From an uncultured Planctomycetaceae bacterium (GTDB lineage: Bacteria; Planctomycetota; Planctomycetia; Planctomycetales; Planctomycetaceae): DNA of 64,000 bases. Location: NCBI GenBank assembly GCA_963813715.1, contig CAWFAK010000017.1:832001-896000 (forward strand). Reading direction: 5' to 3'. Below are positions 45,543 through 58,219 of this stretch, piece by piece (positions within the stretch are counted from its first letter, which is position 1; the number at the start of each line of letters is the position of its first letter). The notes beneath the pieces were generated by a model that saw only the letters and a program-made list of their open reading frames with translations, had not been told where the DNA came from and did no database searches. The translations under genes were made by a program, and so were the position numbers.

Positions 45543-45625
45543 TTCACCACAAAGACACAAAGGCACGAAGTAGAGCCCTAATAGAATTATTGTATTTCTT
45601 CGTGCCTTTGTGTCTTTGTGGTGAA
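45543..45625. repeat. Perfect 28-bp inverted repeat with AT-rich spacer (REP/MITE-like)
   Basis: TTCACCACAAAGACACAAAGGCACGAAG-N27-CTTCGTGCCTTTGTGTCTTTGTGGTGAA. Confidence 0.92.
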
Positions 45626-45643
45626 GTCTCCGTCTGCTTGTAA

Positions 45644-46776
45644 TCAGACGCCCAGAAATCGGTCGCGGGCGGTGACGGGCCAGCGGTCGGTGAGGCGGCC
45701 ATCGGAGATCACGTAAACGTCCTTGTGCAGAGCCACGGTTGGGCAGATGTGTCGCGGGATGGCCAGCAGCGCGTCGCCCGGCGTGAACTCGTGCGCGCGG
45801 GGCGTTTCGAGCACCAGGTGTTCCTCGTTGTGCACGACCTGCTGGGCCTCCGGCAGCTCGGGAATGACGAGTCGGCGGCCCACCGGCGGATCAGTGGCGA
45901 CCGCTTTCGTGCCCAAATCGAGCGTGAGACGAGTGGCGCTCGGGCGGCTGATCACCCGCGCCAGAAGGACAGCCGCCGGCGTGAATTTCATGTCCGTATA
46001 TGACTCGCGTGTAGCCCGCGTCGTTCAGCACGCACGTGCCGGGTGCGAGTTCGAGTGAGGGATCGCGATTGACGGCATGGATCGGGAACGTGGGCGTGCC
46101 ACCGACGATGATCCGCGGCACTGACAGCCCCGCAGCAACGAGCCGATCGCGAAATGCCTGCACGGCCTGCCACTCGGTCGCGACCGCTTGCTCGCGTTCA
46201 CTACGCGACGGTTGATGCACCTGCCCGTCGTACGCGTGCAGGCCGCCGGGCCGCAAACCGGGACTGTTGGCAATCTGCCGATACAGGTCGACCGCCGCGT
46301 CGCCCGGAACGATTCCCGTGCGTTGGAAACCGATGTCGATATCGAGCAGCACCTCGATCGTTCGGCCGGCTGCTCGAGACCGCGCGACTGAGCGCGGCAA
46401 TCGCCTGCGGGTGGTCGCCGGTCACCGCAAAGGCGACATCAGGGAAACGCCGGAGAAACTCGACCGCCCGTTCGATGTTCGGCCCGACCGGGTTATAGGC
46501 CAAAAAGACGTCTTTGGCGCCCGCCTCGGCGAGCATCTGGGCTTCGGCAAAAGTGGCGCATTTGTGCTTGCGAATGCCCTTGGCCAGCTCGATCCGCGTC
46601 ACCTCGGCCATCTTGTGCGTCTTGCAGTGGGGACGCAGCCGCGCGGGCGAGCCAGCAATCGCGATCATCGCGTCGATGTTCTGGTTGAGCAGTTCACGAA
46701 AGAGCAGCAGCGACGGGCTCAGCAAACCGCTCAGATCGTCGACGCGATACGGGCTGTCGGATTTGGCGAAGCTCAT
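45644..46776 (-). CDS. PLP-dependent D-threonine aldolase/D-serine dehydratase-like enzyme, fold III (frameshifts near 46380 and 46000)
   Basis: LRPHCKTHK, RTGI, HAYDG, GGTPT, DLGTKAVA, NEEH, HICPTV. Confidence 0.88.
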
Positions 46777-48701
46777 GCAGGCATCTCGGCCGCGACAGAA
46801 TTTGCGGGCACGCCGGAGACCGGTTCCTCGGCGTCAAAGTATTTTGACAACATCGTCTCGTCGCAGGTTCGCGTCAGCAGGCTCACGCCAACGCCGGTCG
46901 CCAGCGAGACGGCCAGGCTCCAGAGGAGCGGGTCGAGCCCGAGCAAGAAATACGGTCGAAAGCGGGTCGCCTCGCCCAGCAGCGGATCGCCCCAGCCGAG
47001 CACGGCGCCCAGATAATACAGCCCGAGCATGGTCCCCGCGCCGGAAAGCATGGCGACCACCATCCCAGGCACGGTCGCACGCCGCCAAAAGACCAGCATC
47101 AACATGGGCACACAAAACGTCGCCCCCGCGCCCGTGCCGCTGAAGACGACGATCGCCTGCAGGTAGTCGACCGGGGCCAGGTTCGTGACGACGGAAATCA
47201 CACCGATCGACGTCATCACGCCGTACGACAACAGCTCCAACTCACGCGAGGCGGCGGCCGGCCGCACGAACCGCTGATAAACGTCGCGGACGAGCCCCGA
47301 CGCAATCACCACCAGGTATGAGCTGACCGTCGCCATCACAGCGCCGAACGGAGCGGCCAGAATCAGTCCGCTCACGAACTCGCCGAACGGCAGGCCGCTC
47401 GTGACCTTCATCGCCAGCATGGGGATCACATCGTCGGTCTTGCCGACCGGCAGATCGGGAATCAGCGCGCGGCCACAAATCGAAATCATCGCCAGCGGGA
47501 TGTAGATGAACGCGTTGTAGACGCCCAGCAGATAAATCGAACGGCGGATGTTCGTCGTGCTGCGGCAGGCCATAATCCGCACGATGCCGGCCGGCGAGCC
47601 CAGCCCGGCAAACACCCAGATCCAGAAGAACGAAAACGCCAGGCTGAGCGGCAGGAACGAGCGTCCTTCGTGCTTGCCGTCGTAACCGGGGCTGAAGGCG
47701 AAATCGGGCCCGGTCTTTTCGATCGCCCGGCGATTCGCAAACTCGAGCGAGTTCATCTGTGCGACGGCGGCCGGCGCTCCGCGGCGCAACTTCCTCATGC
47801 TGCAGCATCGCCACGCCGCGAAGCGCGAGAAGCAAAAACACCAACACGCCGACCCACATCATCACGCTCTGAAACAGGTCGGTCCAAACGGCGGCCAAAA
47901 AGCCTCCGATCAGCGTGTAACCAACCACGCTCACGGTGAAGACCAACAGCCCCGTGATGTAGGGCCAATCGGTCAGCTCCGAGACGGCCGCGATGCGGTG
48001 CGCCCAGGCGGTGGCCTGTTCGGGGCTGGGGGCCGGCTTCATTTTCGCCAGCTCGCCGCGGACCTGTTCGGAAAACTGAATTTCCGTGGCGTAGAGCTGG
48101 TCCTTGAGAGGATCGAGCGCGGCGACGACGTCGGCCGGCACGCCCTCCTTCGTCAGCCGCGCGATCCCGCTGTCCGTGATGCGGTAGCGGCCGACCTTCT
48201 GGTCTTCGGACCACGAGTCGCTGCCGACCCAGGCAATCTTCATCACCAGCGCGCCCGCTTTGAACTGGGCGACCATCATGAACGACATATAGAAGAGGAT
48301 GAACAGCGACGCGAGCAGGCCGAGCCCCGGGCTGCCGAACCGCTCGCGAAACAGGTCGGGCATGGTGATCGCGCCGCACCGCCGCGAAATCTCCGCCAGC
48401 CGCTTGCCGAGAATGCCGAAGCCGGTGATCGGCACGACCATGTAAGCGGCAATCCACAGGACGACGGACCAGCCGTGCGTATAGACGAGCGACGGGTATC
48501 CCATGAAGGTGCCGCCGCTCTGCACGGTGGCCGTGAGCGCGAGCGCCCACGAGCCGAGCCCGCGGTTGCCCAGGAAGAACCCCTTCATGAACGACCCTCG
48601 CGGGTCGCGCGGTTGGCGAGCACGCCGATCCACATCGACGCCAGAATGAACAGCACGAGTGCCGTTAGCGTGCCCCAGGCGGGTTGGGCGGCAATCAGCA
48701 T
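46773..48701 (-). CDS. Sodium:solute symporter, PanF-like (frameshifts near 48595 and 47780)
   Basis: FFLGNRGLG, SGGTFMGYP, YTLIGGFLAAVWTDLFQS, GAVMATVSS, VRDVYQR. Confidence 0.88.
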
Positions 48702-49046
48702 TCAGGCGTCCTGAATCTGTTCGTCGGCCAGCGCCGTTGGATTGGCCTCGGTGCCGGGCGGATCCTCGCCCAGATCTTCGTCGGTCATCAACAGAGACGC
48801 GAAGATCCACGAGAAGACGACGCAGACGCCCCACGGCACAACGATCCCCCAGAAGACCCAATCGGGGAAACCGAAGATGTACCGCAGGTCTTCGGCCCGG
48901 CGGCCGTAACCGTAGCGGGCACAGTAGCCGACCGTGTACGCCAGCGCGACGATCCACGTCGCAAAGACGATCACCGCTTCACGGCGAGCACTTTTGAGGA
49001 CCGGATCTTCGCGGCGGGGCGCGGTGGCGGGCGCGTCGGTGGGCAT
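48702..49046 (-). CDS. DUF997/YhdT-like small membrane partner of SSS transporters
   Basis: ARREA, FGFPDWVFWG, two TM segments; abuts the SSS start. Confidence 0.8.
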   Translation of the reverse strand: MPTDAPATAPRREDPVLKSARREAVIVFATWIVALAYTVGYCARYGYGRRAEDLRYIFGFPDWVFWGIVVPWGVCVVFSWIFASLLMTDEDLGEDPPGTEANPTALADEQIQDA

Positions 49047-49193
49047 AGAAAGGCAGATTTTAACGGCCTGCCTCGAGCGTTTCAAAGAGGACTCGGTCGC
49101 TGACAGTCGGTCTCGTCGCCCGCGTGTTTATAATCGCGCATCTGGTCGGAAAGAATCGGCCGCTGACAGGCTGTCGTTTCGCGACGAAAAGTC

Positions 49194-50040
49194 ATGCCGG
49201 CAGAACGAACGAATTCGAGTCGGGTTTCTCGGTGCCGGGCGGATGGCGACCGCGTTGGCCAAGGGGCTGGTCGCGGCCGGTTTCACGTCGGCCGACGCGA
49301 TCCTGGCCAGCGATCCGTTGGCGGTCGGCCGCGATTCGTTTGCGAAGGCGTCGGGCTGTCGCAGCACAGCCTCGAATCTCGAGGTCGTCCGCGGGGCCGA
49401 CGTGCTGGTGCTGGCGGTCAAGCCCGGCCACGTCGCCGAGGTGTTGGCGGAAATTTCCAGCGACGTGCAGTCCCGGCACCTCCTCATTTCGATTGCGGCC
49501 GGCGTACCCCTGCGGACATTCGCCGCGGCGCTCGGTTCCCAGGCACGGCTCGCCCGCGTAATGCCGAACACGCCGTGCCTGGTCGGCGCCGGTGCTTCGG
49601 CCTACGCTCTCGGCGGAGGCGCGACGGTCGACGACGGCAAGTTGGTGTCGCGACTGCTTTCGACCGTGGGAATTGCCGTCGAGCTGCCCGAGCACATGCT
49701 CGATGCCGTCACCGGTCTCTCCGGTAGCGGACCGGCGTACGTGTATCAGGTGATCGAAGCCCTCAGCGACGGCGGCGTGCTGATGGGCTTGCCGCGCGAC
49801 GTCGCCACCCGATTCGCCAGCCAGACCGTGCTCGGCGCGGCCCAAATGGTGATCCAGACCGGCGAAGCCCCGGCCGTGCTCAAGGACGCCGTCGCCAGCC
49901 CCGGCGGCACGACGATCGCCGGCTTGCACGCCCTGGAAACGGCGGGCCTTCGCGCGGCACTGATGAACGCCGTCCAGGCTGCAACTCTGCGCTCGCGCGA
50001 GTTGGGCGAGCTCGGCCTGACCAGATCGCAGCGGAGGTGA
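49194..50040 (+). CDS. proC: Pyrroline-5-carboxylate reductase (5' indel between the ATG and the main frame)
   Basis: GFLGAGRMA, LAVKP, RVMPNTP, TGLSGSGPAY, VASPGGTT. Confidence 0.95.
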
Positions 50041-50306
50041 GGGCGAATTTTTCGCCATCTCAGCGCGGTGAAAGCGGCGCGGTCCGCACAATCGTCACAA
50101 CCGGCCGCCTCTTCGGATCTCGCAGCCGCAGATTCTCGACGGATCGGCCCGGCACGCCGCCCGCAGTTTGACACCTGCGACGCCTGGCGTAGATTTTCGC
50201 GGCGTTCGTACACGTTTTGCCGGCCGCGAGTCCAATTCCGGCCTCCGTCGCCAGTCACCGCTTCGGCCGTGATCGGCCCGACCGCACAAATTTGGGCGAG
50301 AAACAA

Positions 50307-52450
50307 ATGCTCACCGAACCGCTCGAGCACGAGCTGACCGATCGAAGAAGCTGCCGATTCCGCGCTACTCAATCCGCAACCGCACGACTCCGCGCGGGTC
50401 CTGCTCGGCTTGATGAATTTGCACAAGCGGGCCGACGCCGAAAGCCCGGCCGTGGCCGGCGATCCGCTGGCGGGCACCATTTCCAAAGGCGTGCTGCGAA
50501 GCCTGATGTGCGCCCTGCACTACCGCGACGTCGCCACCATGTGGCATTCCCGCCGCGTGGCCCTGTTGGCGACGGGCATCGCCAAGCACCTGGGCTGGGA
50601 GACGCAGCAGACCACGATGCTCGAAGTCGCGTCGCTCTTGCACGACATCGGCAAGATCGGCGTGCCGGACAATATTCTCTTCAAGGCCGGCCGGCTCAGC
50701 CCCGACGAAACCGAATTGATGGACCTGCATCACAATATCGGCGTCGACGTGCTGCAGGCGGCCCGCGTGAACAAGGAAGTCGTGAAATTCATCGTGCAGG
50801 CGTCTTACGACTATCACGGCTGCATCGGCCAGACGCGGCGGGCAGGCGCGAACTTCTGCCAGGGCGGCCGCATCCTCGCCGTCGCCGACGCATACGATTC
50901 GCTCTCGTCGGATAAGACGTACCGCCAGGCGAAGTCGCACGCCGAGATCATGATGATCCTGAAGGAGGCGTCGGGGACGCAGTTCGACGGAAACATCGTG
51001 CGGGCCTTGGAACGCTGGGCCGAGAACGACGGCATTCCTTTCGGCGAGCAGCTCGACGAAACCAACAGTGGCCTGTCGCCAGGCAAAACGCCGCCGAACC
51101 TCGGCCCCGAGGCCGGGGCGCTCGGACACATCTTCTCGTATCTGTATCTGCTCGAGAGCCTGTACGACGGGTTCTACGTCGTCGATGCCGATCTGAAATT
51201 CGTGCTCTGGAGCAGCGGAGCCGAAAAGCTGTTGGGCCGCCAGTCGTACGACATGCTCGAGCAGGCCTGGAACGAGGACGTGCTCAAGTACGCCGATGCC
51301 TTGGGCGAGCGGATCCCTGAGGCCGACGTGCCGATGAAGCGCGTCCGTGAATCGACGACGCCGTCGACGCAGAACATTCAAATGCAGGCCGCGGACGGCC
51401 GCTGGATCGACGTGGAGCTGCAGTCAGTGCCGCTCGTCGATCACGAGGGGCATCTGCACGGCATCGCCGAGATCTTTCGCGACTTGTCCCGCAATAGCAT
51501 GCGGCCGCGCGAATATCGCGATTTGAAGCTGGCGGCCAGCCGCGATCCGCTGACCTCGCTGGCAAATCGCGGCGAGCTGGAAACGCAATTGGCCCTGATG
51601 CTGCACGATCAGCAGGCCGAGGGGGCCGAGCCCTTCGTCGTGATGTTCGGCGACATCGACTACTTCAAGGCGATCAACGATAACTTCGGCCACGCCGTCG
51701 GCGACCAGGTGCTGGTCGACTTTGCCAACTGCGTGCGGCACGAAGTTTATTCGGGCGACCTGGTGACCCGTTACGGCGGCGAAGAGTTCGTCATCGTCTG
51801 CCCGGGGACCGCGCTCGAACAGGGATTCAAGCGGTCCGAGCGGCTGCGGTTGGCCATCATGAACGGCAATATCGGCGGCAACCCCGATCTGCGGGTGACG
51901 ACCTCCTTCGGGGTGACCCAGGTCGAGCCGGGCGACACGGTGGAAACGCTCTTGAAGCGGGCCGACCGCGCCCTCTACACCGCCAAAAAGACGGGCCGCA
52001 ACCGCACGGTGTCGCTCACGTCGGATGAGAACCGGGTCGAAGAACAGCTGTCTGAGGTCGAGGCGCAGAAGCCGCAGGATCCGTACGTCTTCGAGTCGAC
52101 GTTTCAGCGCCTGCATCGCTGCGGACATGATCGTCTACAAACTGGGCGGTTTCGTCCGCGACGAGCACGGCACGTTGAGCGAAGTCTCGGAGACCGAGGC
52201 GGTAATCAAGCTGGGCCGCAGCGGGCTCTTCCCGATGTGGGGCCGCTCGCCCATCCGGCAGCCGGTGACAGTGGTGGTCCGCTTCGGCAACGAGAAGGCG
52301 ACGCCGTCGCGACGGCAACGGGTGGCCTCGAAGCAAGTGAGCATCAAGGTCCGCATCGAGCCGCTCGGCTGGCGCCCCAGCGAAGAAAAATTCCAACGGC
52401 GGGCCCAGTCAGTCCTGCGAATCCTCCGCTCGTACTTTGCAGCCGGTTAA
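50307..52450 (+). CDS. HD-GYP-like + PAS + GGDEF c-di-GMP signalling protein (indels near 50340 and 52108)
   Basis: HSRRVA, LHDIGKIG, AVADAYD; PAS region; DPLTSLANR, DIDYFKAINDNFGH, RYGGEEF. Confidence 0.9.
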
Positions 52451-52500
52451 ACGCTGCGAGCTTTCGCCGAGCGGACGGACGTCGGTGCTAGGCCGTCGAG

Positions 52501-53283
52501 CTAAACCGGCGGCAGCACGCAGCTGCGCTCCCACGTACGCTTCACAGGCCGACCAAAGACCAGCAACCCGAGTGCGGTTGCGAGCACGACTGCGCACAGA
52601 ACGAGATCGACCTTGAGCTGGGTCGTCGACTCCTGGATCAGGTAGCCGAGCCCGTAGTGCTCGGACGGATCGTAGCCCACGAAGAACTCGCCGACGATCG
52701 TGCCGATCACCGCCAGGCCGCTCGACGTCTTAGCTCCCGTCACAGTCGAGGGAACGGCACTTGGCAGCCGCAGCTTGAAGAGCGTCTGCCAGCGTGACGC
52801 GTTGTGCAGCCGAAACAGATCGACGAGATCGGGATCGATCGCGGTCAGCCCAGCCGTCGCGTTGGTGATGATCGGAAAGACGCTGACGATAAACGCGACG
52901 AGCACCACGCTGCGAAACCCCGTCCCCGACCAGAGCACGATCAGCGGGGCGATCGCCACGATCGGCACCGTCTGCAGCAAGATGGCGTAGGGGAAAAAAC
53001 TCCGTCGGATGATCGCCGACTGGGAGAAGACGATCGCGGTCAGCACGCCGAGTGTCAGGCTCACGCCAAAGCCGCAGGCAGCCCCGGCCGCCGTAATGCC
53101 GGTCGCCGAGGCCAGCTTGCCGAAATTCTCGAGCGCGGCACTGCCGACGTCGGTCGGGCTCGGCAGGAGGAATGCGGGGACTTTCCAGATTCGCACGACT
53201 GTCTGCCAGACGCCGAGCACGACGAGAAACAAGACGAGGGGCGGCAGCACCGCCGTCAGCAGCGAGCGTTTTGACGGCATCAT
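52501..53283 (-). CDS. ABC transporter permease, NitT/TauT family (C-terminus looks garbled)
   Basis: LPSP, QTVPIVAIAPL, KLRLPSAVP, IVGEF, GLGYLI. Confidence 0.88.
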   Translation of the reverse strand: MMPSKRSLLTAVLPPLVLFLVVLGVWQTVVRIWKVPAFLLPSPTDVGSAALENFGKLASATGITAAGAACGFGVSLTLGVLTAIVFSQSAIIRRSFFPYAILLQTVPIVAIAPLIVLWSGTGFRSVVLVAFIVSVFPIITNATAGLTAIDPDLVDLFRLHNASRWQTLFKLRLPSAVPSTVTGAKTSSGLAVIGTIVGEFFVGYDPSEHYGLGYLIQESTTQLKVDLVLCAVVLATALGLLVFGRPVKRTWERSCVLPPV

Positions 53284-54077
53284 GAGGCCGCCTTTCGCAA
53301 CAGCCCGCTCACTTCGCCGACCTGCCGCGCAAACTCGCCCGTCCCTTTGAGCTCCGGCCGCCGCGGGTACTCGAACGGGACTGCGACCTCGCTGGCGATC
53401 CGGCCGGGCGAGGGCGTAACGACGAGAATCCGCTGCGAAAGGTAGACCGCCTCGCTCACGTTGTGCGTGACGAAGACGGCCGTCGGCCGTCGCGCAAGCC
53501 AAATACGAGCCAGCTCGTCATTAAGCTGCTGCCGCAGCAGGTCGTCCAAGGCCCCGAACGGCTCATCGAGGAGCAGAATCTCGGGCTCGGTGACCAGTGC
53601 CCGCGCGAGCGAGACGCGCATTCGCATTCCGCCGGAGAGCATCCGCGGCGTTTTGAAGGCGTCGGCCTGGCTCAGACCGACCAGCGACAACGCTTCGCTC
53701 ACGCGGGGCAGCCGATTGGCCTTCGAGCCGCGGTCCAACTCGAGCGGCAAACCGACATTCTGCGCGGCCGTCCGCCACGGTAAGAGCCGCGGATCTTGAA
53801 AAACGAAGCCAATCCGGGCCGAACCTCGCGTCACTGCGGCCGCTGTCCGCTGTCCGACGCGGATCATCCCGCTCGAGGGAGCGACGAGCCCAGCAATGAT
53901 CCGCAGCAGCGTCGATTTGCCGCAACCCGATGGCCCCACGATCGAGACAAACTCGCCGCCGCCGATCGTGAAGCTCGCATCCTCGACGGCCACCTGGCCT
54001 CCGTCGTAGACCATCGCCACATGGTCGGCGACGACTTCGGCACTGGGATTGGGGTTGGGCATGGCTGCGTCATTCAC
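53280..54077 (-). CDS. ABC transporter ATP-binding protein, NitT/TauT family
   Basis: GPSGCGKS, LSGGM, LLLDEPFGALD, VTH. Confidence 0.93.
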   Translation of the reverse strand: MNDAAMPNPNPSAEVVADHVAMVYDGGQVAVEDASFTIGGGEFVSIVGPSGCGKSTLLRIIAGLVAPSSGMIRVGQRTAAAVTRGSARIGFVFQDPRLLPWRTAAQNVGLPLELDRGSKANRLPRVSEALSLVGLSQADAFKTPRMLSGGMRMRVSLARALVTEPEILLLDEPFGALDDLLRQQLNDELARIWLARRPTAVFVTHNVSEAVYLSQRILVVTPSPGRIASEVAVPFEYPRRPELKGTGEFARQVGEVSGLLRKAAS

Positions 54078-54562
54078 TCTCTGACCACCAGCCGGTCCAC
54101 CTCGAGCGACGGCACCTCCACAATCGCAATCGTCCGCGGGTTGGCGCGGAACAGTGCGCCCGGATTGAGCACCAGCGTCTTGCCCTCATAGTGCTCTTCG
54201 GGCACGTGCGTGTGGCCGTAGCAGACGAGCTGGTACTTCTGCGAATTGACCGCTTCCTGGAACCGGCGATGATCGTGACCGTGGACGAGGGCGATCCGGC
54301 AACCGGCCAGCTCGATCTCGCCAAACTCGTCGTGGCAGTTTTGCTCGACCTGTTCGATCGCAGCTCGCAACTCGGACCATTCGTGATCGCAATTGCCGAA
54401 GACGTAATGCCCGGGCCAGCGCGAGAAGACCTGCACGATCTCCGGTGAGCCGATGTCGCCGCAGTGCAGAATCTGCTCGATCGGGTGCTCCGCGAGCAGC
54501 TCGGCCGCGCGGCAGGCGCTGGGCAAGTGTCCGTGAGTGTCGCTGACCACGCCGATCTGCAT
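54074..54562 (-). CDS. YfcE/MJ0936-type metallophosphoesterase
   Basis: SDTH, HCGD, GNCD, HG, GHTH, NPG. Confidence 0.92.
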   Translation of the reverse strand: MQIGVVSDTHGHLPSACRAAELLAEHPIEQILHCGDIGSPEIVQVFSRWPGHYVFGNCDHEWSELRAAIEQVEQNCHDEFGEIELAGCRIALVHGHDHRRFQEAVNSQKYQLVCYGHTHVPEEHYEGKTLVLNPGALFRANPRTIAIVEVPSLEVDRLVVRE

Positions 54563-54592
54563 CGCGGACCGTCCCCTTTCCGATCGGCGAGT

Positions 54593-56529
<1,937 letters not shown>

Positions 56530-56656
56530 ACGGCCCTGCAAAGAGAGCACGGTTCGCGACAGGGTTCGTCAATGAACCGGCCGCACCACAGAACCGGCCG
56601 GCTGACGCCGGCCGCTCGCCGGACCGCGATCATCCACGGACCTGGCGGGCATCCTA

Positions 56657-57850
56657 TTATATTCCATCGGCAAGCTTGCCGTCTTGCAGGCGCAGCACGT
56701 TGTCGGTGTCGGTTAGGTAACGCTGGTCGTGTGTGACGACCACGACAGTTGTTTTCAGTTCCTCGTGCAAGCGCCGCAAATGGCCGAAAACTTCGGCCCC
56801 GGTGACGCTATCCAACTCGCCGGTCGGCTCGTCGGCCAGGACCAGCTTGGGCCGTTTGAGGATCGCGCGGGCAATCGCGATCCGCTGCTGCTCGCCACCG
56901 GAAAGTTGGTTTGGGCGATGGTCGAGCCGCTGCCCCAGCCCCACGTCTTTGAGGAGCTGAATGGCCCTTGAGCGGAGGTCGCCCCGGATGCCCCGCGGCA
57001 TGTACGGGACCAGCACATTGTCGACCGCCGTCAGGTTGGCCAACAGATTGAAGCTCTGAAAGACGAAGCCCACTTCCTCCCGCCGATATTGGTCCCGCTC
57101 AGTCGCGGTGAATTTTTGCAGTCGCCGGCCGCCCACCACGATCTCCCCGCGGCTCGGCTCATCCAGCGCACCGATCAAGTAGAGCAGCGAACTCTTGCCG
57201 CTGCCGGAAGGGCCCACGATGAACGTGAACGACCCGGCGGGAATTTCGGCCGTCACGCCGCGGAGGGCCTGCACCTCGGTCGTGCCCAGCCGATGACTCT
57301 TGGCCACGTCGTGCAGTTGGATCGCGGTCCCCGGAATGGCCGACTGACCGGAGCCCGGAGCCGACGCGGGACTCGAACCATTAGAGTTGACCGTCACACG
57401 CGTCGGTTTGCCGTTGCCGGACGCCGAGCGAAACTGGCCTTCGATGGCCGACTGCAGCTCATCGCGCGTGCGGCGGAAAGCGGCGAGCTGCTCGTCCGGC
57501 GTGCCGACCACGTGGCCCGGATCGTCGACTGGCCAGTCCAAGCGACGGACTTGGGGTGGAAACGTGGGGCATTCGCCGGCGGCCGACGTGCAAAGCGTGA
57601 TTAGCAAGTCGGGAACCGTCCCGTCAGGCGGCAGAAATTCCTGGATCGATTTGCTTCGCTGGGTGGAGACGTCGGTTCCGATTTCGCGCATCGCAGCGAT
57701 CGCCAGCGGATGGACGAAACCGGCGGGACGCGAACCGGCCGAGAGCGCTTCGATCCGGTCGCCGAACGATTGACGGAGCAGGCCCTCGGCCATCTGGCTG
57801 CGGCTGGAGTTTCCCGTGCACAGGAACAGAACGCGCAGCCGCTTTTCCAT
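56657..57850 (-). CDS. ArsC/LMW-PTP-type arsenate reductase read in frame with a LolD/MacB-type ABC ATPase (fusion, or two genes merged by an indel)
   Basis: VLFLCTGNSSRSQMAE, C-x6-CP, WPVDDP; then GPSGSGKS, LSGGEQQR, LADEPTG. Confidence 0.8.
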   Translation of the reverse strand: MEKRLRVLFLCTGNSSRSQMAEGLLRQSFGDRIEALSAGSRPAGFVHPLAIAAMREIGTDVSTQRSKSIQEFLPPDGTVPDLLITLCTSAAGECPTFPPQVRRLDWPVDDPGHVVGTPDEQLAAFRRTRDELQSAIEGQFRSASGNGKPTRVTVNSNGSSPASAPGSGQSAIPGTAIQLHDVAKSHRLGTTEVQALRGVTAEIPAGSFTFIVGPSGSGKSSLLYLIGALDEPSRGEIVVGGRRLQKFTATERDQYRREEVGFVFQSFNLLANLTAVDNVLVPYMPRGIRGDLRSRAIQLLKDVGLGQRLDHRPNQLSGGEQQRIAIARAILKRPKLVLADEPTGELDSVTGAEVFGHLRRLHEELKTTVVVVTHDQRYLTDTDNVLRLQDGKLADGI

Positions 57851-58037
57851 CGAAACGATTGACCCGCTGTAACCGCCGCCAACCCGAGCCGTCAGTCGGA
57901 GCCATTCACTTCCCAGCCTGGCTTCGCCTGTCCGATTTTCGCTTGCCAAGGTTCACTCTATTGATTGCGAAATGACCCGTCCATCGTTGGCAGGTCGGCC
58001 CGGTTCTGAGTATGCTGCAACGCAACCCGCCACCGCT

Positions 58038-58052
58038 CGGCACGGCCCTTGC
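58038..58052 (+). promoter_or_regulatory. sigma54 -24/-12 promoter of glnA
   Basis: CGGCACG-GCCC-TTGC about 170 nt upstream of the ATG. Confidence 0.7.
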
Positions 58053-58219
58053 GAAACTCTCTCGCCAACGGATCTTCGAGCGTCCCGGGCTGGGCATTTC
58101 AGGGCACTGCGCTCGCGCCGCCAAGCCCCGAGGCGCCGAAGGTGCACGAACTTCTGTGCAGCCGTGCCGAATCCGCATGCGCGCTGAGCACGAACGAGAC
58201 CCACGAAAGGACCGGACGA

